This document shows, piece by piece, positions 1 through 8,839 of a stretch of 62,637 nt of DNA. The notes under the pieces are model-generated. The model was not told the DNA's origin, searched no databases, and saw only the letters and a list, made by a program, of their open reading frames with translations. Source of the DNA: Chloroflexota bacterium (GTDB lineage: Bacteria; Chloroflexota; Dehalococcoidia; SHYD01; JACQUQ01); NCBI GenBank assembly GCA_016210175.1, contig JACQUQ010000078.1, positions 1 to 62,637 on the forward strand, in the 5' to 3' direction. Each line of letters begins with the position of its first letter. Positions within the stretch are counted from its first letter, which is position 1. The position numbers and the translations under genes are program-made.

Positions 1-490
1 ATGTAACCCGGGCCGGGGGGCGCCTGGCGGCTCTTGCCCCACGATTTCCCCGCCTGGGGCACGGTGTACCATTACTTTCGGCTCTGGCGGAAGGACGGCA
101 CCTGGGAGCGCATCCATGCCGCCCTCCGCACCAAGCTACGGGTCCAATTGGATTGGGCCGAGAACCTACCCCTTCCGCCGGCGCGCTGGACTGCCAGTCG
201 GTGAAGACGACGCAAAAAGAGGGACCCACGGCTACGACGCCGGCAAGAAAGTCAACGGTCGCAAACGACACCTCCTGGTAGATACCCTGGGGTTCATCTG
301 GGCCTTGGCGGTTCTTGCCGCCAACATCCAGGACCCCCAGGGAGCCAGGGTGCTGCTGGAGCAGGTGCGGGGAACGTTGCCCCGCAGGAAACGCATCTGG
401 GCCGACGGCATCTACGCCGGGTCGCTGGTCGCCTGGGTCCTGGAGCACTTCGGCTGGGTGCTGGATATTGTGCGCCGCAGCGACCAGGTC
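1..490 (+). pseudogene. IS5-family transposase remnant (5' end outside the window, 3' end cut by the IS1-family element)
   Basis: Reads [31 protein letters not shown]..., then ..LDCQSVKTT and GYDAGKKVNGRKRHLLVDTLG...IWADGIY, all IS5-family motifs. An ATTGG duplication at 147-156 breaks the frame. There is an AAAAAG slippery site near 215. Confidence 0.85.
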
Positions 491-1633
491 GGTGGTGACT
501 CCTAAGTGCCGTGATAGACTGGGTGGGTGAGAAACTCGGACCGGGACCAGGCATGGTCGGCCAAACCCAGCACCATCGCCGGGGTCCGCTGCTGGTAGCG
601 CCGCTGACCATCCGGCATTGCCAAGGGCACCCGTAAGGCCACGTGGGGCAGCACCCCATTGTGCTCAAAGAGCACCAGACTGAAGCAGGCCCTCCAGGTC
701 GCGACCACCTTCGCAAACGCATGGGTCTTGCGGGTCAGGCAGGCCAGCCGGTCCCGCAGCACCCCGTTCTGCCGCTCCACCTGCACGGTATAGGGCTGCG
801 CTGCTTGCTCCCCCAGCACTGCCCGCACCTCCACCCGCTTCAGCCGCCGACCCTGCCGGTACTTGACCGCCTGGGTCCAGGCTACCCCTGGCACCGGCAA
901 GAAGACTGGCCACGGCAAGCCTGTAGCTGGCGGCTGGTCCCACCCAGTACACCTCCTGGATGGCATCGCTGTAGGGCGTCCAGCCAGCGCTCACCCAGGG
1001 CATCCCGGCACGGCCCGCGGGGCGCTGCCGGGTCGTGTACACCAGCGTCCTCGCCAGCTCCGTATCGCGGCGACCGGAGGTCCAGGCCACGATGAAGCGG
1101 CTAGGCCGGTCGATGGTGAACGCTCCCCTGTGTTCTCCCCCCGCTGGGATCGGGACCGCGGCGTCCCCGCTCAGCGCCGTGAGCGCAACGGCCCCTTTTT
1201 TCGGACGAAGGACCAGAACTCGTCTACCTCTCCTGCGGTCAGGTGGAGCTCATGGACCAGCACCTCCGTCAGGGCTGCGGCGTGCGTTCCTGCTCGCCGC
1301 AGCCAGGCGCCAATCGTCTCGTACTTGTGGCCGGTGATCTCCTCCGCCGCACGCAGGCTGCCCCGGCGCAGCACCACCAGGAGCGTCCGGGCGATTTCCT
1401 CCACCGGGGTCTTGAGCCCCGCCACCGGGGTGCCCGTCGTCGCCCGGAAGGAACGACCACACTCCCGACAGGACCACTGATGGTGACCATGACTGCTGCC
1501 ATTGCTGACGGTGTGCAGCGATCCGCAATGCCTGCAAGCCGAGTGCGGCATCCTCTGCATTGCACGGTCCTCCTGCTGAACTTCCTCCCAAGCTCAGCAT
1601 AGCACACTCTCACGGCCTTGCAGAGTCACCACC
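491..1633 (-). mobile_element. IS1-family insertion sequence, decayed
   Basis: 27-bp imperfect terminal inverted repeats: 491-517 GGTGGTGACTCctaagtGCCGTGAtAG versus the reverse complement of 1607-1633 GGTGGTGACTCtgcaagGCCGTGAgAG. They enclose an InsA/InsB-like transposase. Confidence 0.85.
502..1560 (-). pseudogene. IS1-family transposase: Zn-ribbon/HTH ORF 1171-1560 plus frameshifted DDE domain
   Basis: CRHC..CREC zinc ribbon and HTH, then EVDEFWSFVRKK followed by an A6G frameshift motif near 1195-1202. The downstream part has VERQNGVLRDRLACLTRKT and RTPAMVLGLADHAW. The usual SDGW motif reads SAGW, and there is an additional frameshift near 940-960. Confidence 0.8.
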
Positions 1634-1651
1634 CGGCGCGGCCTGTCCATG

Positions 1652-2210
1652 CTTTCAGTACCCTAAAAGCGGGTCGATTGATTGCAAGCGACGTGCCCGA
1701 GGAGCCAGTCCCGCAAAGGGTCCGGCTCTTTCAGTACCCTAAAAGCGGGTCGATTGATTGCAAGGGGGCAGGCAGTGACCGCCGGTGCAATGCCATGCGG
1801 TCTTTCAGTACCCTAAAAGCGGGTCGATTGATTGCAAGGCCTCCTAGCGTTAGGGTTGTGACCTGTGTTGCTATTTCTTTCAGTACCCTAAAAGCGGGTC
1901 GATTGATTGCAAGGGCACCCTGCGCAACTCCACGATGCGATCTCTAATTGACTTTCAGTACCCTAAAAGCGGGTCGATTGATTGCAAGGATGGTGCCTGC
2001 GGGGATATTTGCCTGCCGTCAAGGTCTTTCAGTACCCTAAAAGCGGGTCGATTGATTGCAAGATGCACTTATCGAGACCGACCTGGTGAAGCTCGATCTT
2101 TCAGTACCCTAAAAGCGGGTCGATTGATTGCAAGCACCGGGAGCGTTTGCTGCACCTGGCGGAGATCGAGGGCCTTTCAGTACCCTAAAAGCGGGTCGAT
2201 TGATTGCAAG
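1652..2210 (-). CRISPR. CRISPR array: 8 identical 37-bp repeats and 7 spacers of 35-39 bp. Transcribed repeat CTTGCAATCAATCGACCCGCTTTTAGGGTACTGAAAG
   Basis: Repeats start at 1652, 1728, 1802, 1877, 1952, 2026, 2098 and 2174. On the minus strand the repeat has an ACCC/GGGT stem and ends in an 8-nt ACTGAAAG handle. The leader and cas genes lie on the high-coordinate side. Confidence 0.99.
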
Positions 2211-2496
2211 TCCATCTGACTTCCCGGAGCGGGCGGGCTGGCAAGACCTCCGGAGATGGTTGAGGTCCTCTGGCGGGCATGCTGGGCCCTGCGTCCCTGA
2301 CGCCTACTATACTGGACGCGGCCATGAGTGCGCAAGGTGATCTTCTGCACGGTTTCCCCTTGGGGTTGCGAAGGTCTCCAGACAGAACTCTCCATTCATT
2401 GATATATGATGCAGAATAATCGCTGCAACAGGTTCGACTGCCCGGCTGCTCCGGGCGATCCGGAAGCGGCGGGTTGCGAGGGGCCGGCGCACCGCC
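2211..2496 (-). promoter_or_regulatory. CRISPR leader with sigma70-like promoter (TTGCGC-18 nt-TATAGT, 2335 to 2306)
   Basis: Non-coding and partly AT-rich. It lies between the last cas gene and the first repeat, and the promoter points into the array. Confidence 0.7.
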
Positions 2497-3403
2497 CTAC
2501 TCCGGATGGCACGCGCGGTAATAGGGGCAGGCCCGCGGGCACTCAGCCGGCATACCAGGATCGATCTCTTCCTCAACCAGCCGGGCTCGCTCATCCCGAG
2601 ACTCGATGAACCATTGTCGCAGCTCGTCATCAAGCGCATGGAGGTCGCGCTCGACCACCACGAGGCCATCCCGAAACGCGACATATACGACACAGCCCAG
2701 GTTCACCGAGTACTCGTAGATGCTCTCTATTGCCAGGGCATACCCCGTCGTGCTCAGCCGATGAAAGGCTTCCTTGCCGCCAAACTTGATATCCACCACC
2801 ATCTGCTCTGACCATACGAAGGCATCCGCAGAGAGCCGTGACGACAGGCCCAGCAAGGTACCATCCAAATCGTTGCTCGACGATGACCGGCAGGGCGAGG
2901 TGGGCCAGGGCATCGATGCCGATGCCGGGCTGGCGGGCCAGGGCCTCCTGAACCCGGGCGAGGATTCGCCGCTCCTCGAAGGCCCAGAGCAAGCGCCCGT
3001 GATCGGGGAGGCTCTCGTTGGTGGCTGTGGCGTCATCGGGAAGGGGGAGGTCCGGGTGCTGCAACGTGCGCAGCGCGTCCAGGGGATTGCCCTCCGCCGC
3101 GTACAACAGCCGCTTGGCCGCAACGAAGATGCGGGCGAGCACGTCGTGGAGATAGCTCCCCTGGACCATGCGCGGGCTGGGCGGCACCCGTACCTGGAGC
3201 ACGTGGCGCAGGTACAGGTCCCGCCCCGTCGGGCAGTACTGGCCGGCCACCGCGGAGACGCTGAGGCGGGTATCGTAGATGGGGCTGAGGGGCGGCTGGT
3301 GCCAGCTCCAGCCCCGCAAGTCTTCGGCCACGCCCCGCTGCCGGGCCTGGGGCGCCAGGTGGCGCTGGACCCACCGCTTTTCTTCATCAGCGAGGAAGTA
3401 CAT
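2497..3403 (-). pseudogene. cas4: Cas4/Csa1-type nuclease with a single +1 frameshift near 2868
   Basis: The N-half MYFLADEE..LRGWSWHQPPLSP..CPTGRDLYL joins the C-half LDGTLLGLSSRLSADAF..VVDIKFG..CPRACPYYRAC if one T is removed from CGA-TTT-GGA (giving CGA-TTG-GAT). Confidence 0.85.
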
Positions 3404-3433
3404 ACCGACCTCCCGTTGGTGCTCTTCAGTCGC

Positions 3434-4381
3434 CTATCCTGAAGGGGTGAATAGCCCGTAGCCCACCGCCGTTTTGGCGCCTATGCCAAGGTTGCTCAAG
3501 GCATCATGCAGCCACCGCTCCGCCTGTGCGCGGTCTGCCGGCGCGGCATCCGGGCGCGTGTGGAGGGCGGTGCGGAACCGTGTCCCGGCAGGGACGGTTA
3601 GGAAGAAGACGGGTTGGGGTGCCAGCCAGTCACCCGGTTGTCTCACCTTGCCCTGGTAGTATTCAGCGAAGTGGGGGTTGAGTACATCCACGCGTACGCG
3701 CGGCGGCTCCACCGGATACAGGGCGTGGAAGACCACCGTGCCGGCGCCCCCCGCTTCGGCTGTCTCCGCCGGGCGGTCGCCAAAGGTGCGGGCGAGCGTC
3801 GGCCCAACCAGCCCCTCCCAATGCTGGGCCCAGGCGCGCGTCGCCCCCTTGAGGCTGCTGGCAGGGAGGAAAGGGACGCCCAGGTTGCGGTCCCATACGA
3901 ACCCAACCTCCAGGGCATGGGTCATGCCGGTGCCGCTCACGAGCGGTGTCGCTAGGGTCACGTCCACCTCGTGGGCATCCAGGAAACGCCAGAGGGCCGC
4001 CCTGCGCTCATGGAGCGCGCGGAGCAGCGATGCAAGCTGCGGAGCGACATCCTGGGCGTGCTGGGCCATCTCCTCCAGGAACCGTTGCCGCACCGATCCG
4101 CCGTCCCGCGAGGTTTGTGGCTCCCAGTTCCCGGCATCCCCAGACCAGATATCGGCATAGCGGTCGTACAGCAGGCCAAGGTTGGCGGTCGTGGGCGGAC
4201 GAGGTCGAAGGAGGTCGCGCGCCTCCCGGTACACGGGCCGTACCCGCGCCGGTGGCCCACCCCGGTCCTGCGGGCCTGCCCGTCGGTTGAGGCCCGGTGG
4301 CCTTCCGCCTCCGTCCGGACCCCGGATGCCGCCCCGCCCGCCCTGTGGGGACCGTTCCTCCCTGCGCGGTGGCCGGTTCAT
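3434..4381 (-). CDS. cmr6: Type III-B RAMP protein Cmr6
   Basis: LGVPFLPASSLKGATRAW, VDVLNPHFAEYY, WLAPQPVFFLTV and GIGAKTAVGYG motifs. ATG at 4381 follows a GGAGG. Confidence 0.93.
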   Translation of the reverse strand: MNRPPRREERSPQGGRGGIRGPDGGGRPPGLNRRAGPQDRGGPPARVRPVYREARDLLRPRPPTTANLGLLYDRYADIWSGDAGNWEPQTSRDGGSVRQRFLEEMAQHAQDVAPQLASLLRALHERRAALWRFLDAHEVDVTLATPLVSGTGMTHALEVGFVWDRNLGVPFLPASSLKGATRAWAQHWEGLVGPTLARTFGDRPAETAEAGGAGTVVFHALYPVEPPRVRVDVLNPHFAEYYQGKVRQPGDWLAPQPVFFLTVPAGTRFRTALHTRPDAAPADRAQAERWLHDALSNLGIGAKTAVGYGLFTPSG

Positions 4382-4427
4382 CGTTCCTCCTTCAGCGCGT
4401 ACGCGCCAGCAAACGTCCGCATCTTCC

Positions 4428-4862
4428 CTATTCCTCGGCCCCCGGTACCGGGCGACTATGCTCCGGCAAGTACGCGTCGGCGAACTTCCGCATCCACCCC
4501 AGGAGCGCCAGGGCTGTCTGCTGTGCCTGTTGGTACTCGGCACGTGAGCCCGCCATCAACGCCGCCATGAGGTCGGTCCCTTCCCGGTATACCTGATCGG
4601 GCCGCTCACTCTGGTGGGATACCGGCCCCAGCCAGTCTTGCAGCTCCTCATACAGCGCCCGCGCTGCCTGTGCCTGCACGCCTTTTCCCCCGGTAGCGGC
4701 CAGCAAGTAGGCGAGGGCCTGGCCCAGCCCGTTCTGGAGCACCATGCTCGGCAGCGAGCGTACCAGGGTCCCGTACTGCGAGGCGTACTTGTCCTGGGCA
4801 TGACGCTGGACGGTCTGGAGGGCGTAGAGCGCCCGTTGCTGTTCCAGGGTCTGCCTAGCCAA
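4428..4862 (-). CDS. cmr5: Type III-B small subunit Cmr5
   Basis: TLEQQRA..YGTLVRSLPSMVLQNGLGQALAYL..WMRKFA. TTG start at 4862 after GGAGG; GTG at 4871 is an alternative. Confidence 0.92.
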   Translation of the reverse strand: MARQTLEQQRALYALQTVQRHAQDKYASQYGTLVRSLPSMVLQNGLGQALAYLLAATGGKGVQAQAARALYEELQDWLGPVSHQSERPDQVYREGTDLMAALMAGSRAEYQQAQQTALALLGWMRKFADAYLPEHSRPVPGAEE

Positions 4863-5844
4863 GAGCGCCACCTCCCTGTTCTAGCACCCGCACCGCGCAC
4901 CAACCGTGCCCCACTGTCTCGTTGCCGCCCACCTGGACGAAGAAGGGATCGCCGTGGACCAACTCCAGGAACTGGTCCCGTACCGCTTCGGCGCTGGGGG
5001 TACCGGCGCGCTGGCGCCGCTCCAGAGGCGTGCGTGGCTCTTCCGGGAGGACCAACGTCGTGAACAAGCTATCGGCGGGCACCGTCTCCTCATACCAGAG
5101 GTTCCCCCCGCCTCCGGTGGTGGTTTTGTGCTCATTGAGGGCGACACGTGCGGTCACCTGGGTCGCATGCTTCACGAGATACGCGAAATCACCGTCGCTG
5201 ATGAGCGCCACATGACGGGCAAACTTCTCCCGGTAGGTCCGGTGGGCCTCCCCGGCGGGCAGGAGCTCCGCCAGCCATGCCGCCAGATCGCTCCAGGCAC
5301 CGTCTCGGTCCACCTGGAACGAGAGGTCTTCCAGCACGACGGTGCCGGAGCGTTCGTCTGCGGCGATCAGCCGGCCCGGGGCGGGTTGGAGCTGATCGGG
5401 AGAGGACAGGTCTGGCGCCGCGGCAGCGGCCAGGCGCAGGTCCCGTGCCAGCCGGCCCAGCGCCAGGGGGCAGGTGACCCAGAGAAATACGTCGGTCAGG
5501 CTGCGCACCGGGAAGGCCAGCAGCCGGGCATCGCTGAAGGCCAGCGCCCCGGCGTGCAGGTCACTCCCACCACCGGCCTGGGGCCTGGGGCCGAAGAGCA
5601 GGTCCACCAGCCCATCCCGGCCCGACCAGCGGCCCTCCGCTAACCGGCGCAAGCTGCCTTTGAGGCTGGTGGACGGGATAATGGGGAAGTCGGTGTGGCG
5701 CTCCCGCTGCACCGGGAGGTCCACGATCCCCGTGCTCTGACCGGTCCCCGGGTGCAGGGGAGTTTCCGTGTACAGGGCCAGCACCACCGGGGCCGCGCCC
5801 GCGGCGCGCCCGGTGGCAGTGGTCTGGTGGGACGGTATGGTCAT
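4855..5844 (-). CDS. cmr4: Type III-B backbone RAMP RNase Cmr4
   Basis: TETPLHPGTGQSTGIVDLPVQRERHTDFPIIPSTSLKG (catalytic Asp present), NLWYEE and QVGGNETVGHG. Confidence 0.95.
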   Translation of the reverse strand: MTIPSHQTTATGRAAGAAPVVLALYTETPLHPGTGQSTGIVDLPVQRERHTDFPIIPSTSLKGSLRRLAEGRWSGRDGLVDLLFGPRPQAGGGSDLHAGALAFSDARLLAFPVRSLTDVFLWVTCPLALGRLARDLRLAAAAAPDLSSPDQLQPAPGRLIAADERSGTVVLEDLSFQVDRDGAWSDLAAWLAELLPAGEAHRTYREKFARHVALISDGDFAYLVKHATQVTARVALNEHKTTTGGGGNLWYEETVPADSLFTTLVLPEEPRTPLERRQRAGTPSAEAVRDQFLELVHGDPFFVQVGGNETVGHGWCAVRVLEQGGGALG

Positions 5845-6980
5845 CGCGTTCCTCCTTCGCTCCAATAGCCGACCACGACGTGGCCGAACCCCGCACGCCC
5901 CCGTGTACCGAGCTTCCGGTCGTGCCATGCGCCGAGGTCGGCGCCGTCCTGGGCGTGTAGGAAATAGACGCTGCCCGCAGGCACGCACGCTTCGGCGGGC
6001 TTGGGCCGCCCCGCGGCGATGTCCCAGCCACCGATACGCGCAGGCTTGTCCACTGCCGCGGAGACGATGGTCACCGCCTGCCCTTCCAGGTCGCCGTGCC
6101 ACCCGTCACCAGCTTGACGGAATTCCTGGGGGAGCCACCGGCCACCCCAGCGTGCCGGGGTCAGCAAAACCAGGCGGGCCCGCGCGCCGCCCGGCGTGAC
6201 CGGTGTGGAGGGCTCCTGATGCACCTCGACAGCGGCCAACCGACCTTCCCCACCCAGGCGGTGGAGGCCGGCGCACCGCTCCTGGAGCAGGGCATCAATG
6301 CCGTTCACCCGCAAGCCGATGCCCACCCGCCCGGCGTGGTCATCCTTGAGGCGGACAAAGACCGGGGCGTAGAGCATCCCTTCCTCGGTGGCGCGCGACG
6401 CTGGGTTGCGCCCGATACCGACCCGCCGCTCCTCGCAGAAAAACGCGGATGCCTTCGCGATCTGGCTATCCGGCACGAGATCCCCTCTTAGGTAGGCGGC
6501 GAGCCCTTCCTGGGAGATCCACATCCCGACCTTGGTCTCGCGGTCGCCCTCCTCCAGCTTCGGGAGGAAGGACACTGCCCCCAGGTCGCAGTCCAGAGGA
6601 TCGCCGGGGTTCGTCGGGTGCCATACGCTGCCTTCCCGTCCTCGCAGGTCCAGGGGCGCGGGGTACCAGCGCTGCACCACCCCACCCGCCTGCCGGATGA
6701 GGTAGGGGCCACGCAGGTCAAGCTGTCCCAGGTCATCCAGACCCCCCAAGAGCTTAATGGCCTCTGGCACCTCCGGGAAGCCGCCACCCCTTCCCTGCAC
6801 CGCAGCCGCATAGTCTTGGACGGCGACGCCCAGGGCGGCCAGCAACGCCGTCCGCACAAAGCCCTGCATGACCTCCGGGGAGGGCGGAAAACGGCTGTGG
6901 ATCACGGTAGCCTCGCCGGCGTTCATGGGTTCCAGGCCCCTGAAGAACAGCACGTCCAGGGGAAAGATGCGCCATTCCAT
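5841..6980 (-). CDS. cmr3: Type III-B protein Cmr3
   Basis: PLDVLFFRG..FPPSP, RLGGEGRLA, RIGGWD..PKP..VPAGSVY and AGFG. Confidence 0.93.
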   Translation of the reverse strand: MEWRIFPLDVLFFRGLEPMNAGEATVIHSRFPPSPEVMQGFVRTALLAALGVAVQDYAAAVQGRGGGFPEVPEAIKLLGGLDDLGQLDLRGPYLIRQAGGVVQRWYPAPLDLRGREGSVWHPTNPGDPLDCDLGAVSFLPKLEEGDRETKVGMWISQEGLAAYLRGDLVPDSQIAKASAFFCEERRVGIGRNPASRATEEGMLYAPVFVRLKDDHAGRVGIGLRVNGIDALLQERCAGLHRLGGEGRLAAVEVHQEPSTPVTPGGARARLVLLTPARWGGRWLPQEFRQAGDGWHGDLEGQAVTIVSAAVDKPARIGGWDIAAGRPKPAEACVPAGSVYFLHAQDGADLGAWHDRKLGTRGRAGFGHVVVGYWSEGGTR

Positions 6981-6982
6981 GA

Positions 6983-8839
6983 TCAATCCTCCTCTCCGGC
7001 GAGGAAGGCCGCCAGCAGCACCGGTGCCGTATCCCGCCAACCCACCCCGGCCAGGCGGCGCAGCACCACGACCCGCGCCTCAGCTTCCTCACGGGTGGCC
7101 GTCCGCTCTCGGCTCTTGAGGTACTCGGCCGCCAGCAGCTTATCTACCGTCTCCTCCGTCCATTCTGGGCTGGCGGCGGGGAGCAGGTCCCGCAGATGGT
7201 AGAGGAACCCGCGGCCGTACTGGTTCTTTTCCAGCTTCTTTCCCAGCCCATCCCTGACCGTCTCAATATCATCCACGAGCGGGATGTCCCCCTCCCGACC
7301 GCTGTCCCACTTCCTGGCGAACTCCAGGACGATGCCCGGCCGCTTCCACACCGCCACGGCCAGCGCATCCCGGCCCGCGGTGTCTTTGGCCTGCTCCTCC
7401 AGGATGCGGTGGGCAGTGGCGACGACCTCCCGCAGCGGGGCGTTCATGTGGGCGTAAACCAGCCCGGCGCTGATAGTCGCTTTCATCTCTGGCAGGTGCT
7501 TCGTGAACTCGTCGTGGTACGTCCCTCGGAGGTCTGCTGCGACCCGCAGCGCCGTATCTTTGGGCAGCAGGGCCAGCACATCGTCGCCTCCCGCATAGAT
7601 CAAGACCCCATTGGCCTCCCGCCCTTCTACGATCTCCGGCACCCGGCGGCTGAATGCTGCGAGGGCTTGGGAGATGTGCTCCTTCCGGTCAGCATGTGTC
7701 CGCAAGAGCTTTCCCATCGAGTCTCCGTCCATTGCCAGGAGTGCGTAGGACGTGCTCGGCATGGGCAGACGCACGGCACGCACTGCGTCCAGAAGCTCCC
7801 GCAGCGTCCCCAGGACCGCCGTCCGCTGGTCGCCCAGTTCCGCCTCCCGCTCGCGGTCACCTACCACCTCCGGGGAGAACCAGTCGCCGTCGATCTGGAT
7901 GAAAGCATCCGCGACTTCCCGGTCACTTGGAGACCAGGCATCGGCCGCGTCCCGGAGCGCCGGAAAGAACGAGCGCGGGATGCTGAGCGGGACCCTGGCT
8001 TCCTCAAGTGCCCACATATGCAGCGATACCGCATCCCGTAGCCGAGGGTCGGTCGCTCCGGCCTTCAGCACGCTGAGCCGCCAGGGAATGCTGGCCATCG
8101 TCGTTGTCGAAGGAAAGCCCGTGGGTACCGACCACCCAAGGGCGTCGGCCGCAATGTAAGGAAAGAATCGTTTGACCGTGCATAGCGTGCAGAGCCGTTC
8201 CTTGCCCTTCGGCTGCACATCGTGCAGCCCCCCGTGGTGTGCGACCTCCGTCCAGAAGTCACGCACCTCCTTGCGCGAACCGTCGCCGGCGTGCAGGGCC
8301 TCCCGCGCGCCGCAGCAGGTACACTTCTCCCCCGGCTCGTCCTCCAGTGTGAAGGCCCGTAGCGTCTTGCGGCGGGCCATCCCGGCTGGATCGCCCAGGA
8401 CCCAGGCGTGAGTCCAGACGCCAGCGACTTGTCGCTCCCAAACCTCACCCGTCGTTGCGGTCCAGGGGAGACGTCGCCGTTGCCACTCCGCCCGGACGGC
8501 CTTGCTCACGCGCTTCCACGCCTCCTGCCACCCAGCAACCGCCGCCTGGGCGACCTGGCCGGCCCGTTCCGCGGGAGCCCGCAGTTCTGCCACGTGCGGG
8601 ATCGATCCCACGCGGCTGCCGCTCTCCTGGGGCACGCCGCCACGCCTGAGCGCATCCATCAGCGGGTTGCCCTCGATGGCCGGGAGCACCATCTCACAGG
8701 AGTCGGCGACGCGTGCCAGCGCGCTGCCCGCCAGATAGGACAGCAGGTAGGACCCGGCCCACAGGTCCCGGGTGCGCCGGGCCTGGCTGATGAACTCCTG
8801 GACTGGGCCAAACGCGAGGTAGATGGTCTGTTCGCTCAC
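6983..8839 (-). CDS. cas10: Cas10/Cmr2, no N-terminal HD domain, intact GGDD palm
   Basis: Starts at GPVQEFISQARRTRDLWAGSYLLSYL. Has CTCC..LCTLC Zn site, YALLAMDGDSMG and IYAGGDDVLALLP. Confidence 0.95.
   Translation of the reverse strand: MSEQTIYLAFGPVQEFISQARRTRDLWAGSYLLSYLAGSALARVADSCEMVLPAIEGNPLMDALRRGGVPQESGSRVGSIPHVAELRAPAERAGQVAQAAVAGWQEAWKRVSKAVRAEWQRRRLPWTATTGEVWERQVAGVWTHAWVLGDPAGMARRKTLRAFTLEDEPGEKCTCCGAREALHAGDGSRKEVRDFWTEVAHHGGLHDVQPKGKERLCTLCTVKRFFPYIAADALGWSVPTGFPSTTTMASIPWRLSVLKAGATDPRLRDAVSLHMWALEEARVPLSIPRSFFPALRDAADAWSPSDREVADAFIQIDGDWFSPEVVGDREREAELGDQRTAVLGTLRELLDAVRAVRLPMPSTSYALLAMDGDSMGKLLRTHADRKEHISQALAAFSRRVPEIVEGREANGVLIYAGGDDVLALLPKDTALRVAADLRGTYHDEFTKHLPEMKATISAGLVYAHMNAPLREVVATAHRILEEQAKDTAGRDALAVAVWKRPGIVLEFARKWDSGREGDIPLVDDIETVRDGLGKKLEKNQYGRGFLYHLRDLLPAASPEWTEETVDKLLAAEYLKSRERTATREEAEARVVVLRRLAGVGWRDTAPVLLAAFLAGEED

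Noticed and set aside
2063-2097. Short match of a spacer (GAGACCGACCTGG) to the RND gene near 29330
   Set aside because: Only about 13 nt, with flanks that disagree. Expected by chance in high-GC DNA.
1618-2340. ORFs with repeated FSTLKAGRLIA / FQYPKSGSIDCK peptides
   Set aside because: Translations of the CRISPR repeats.
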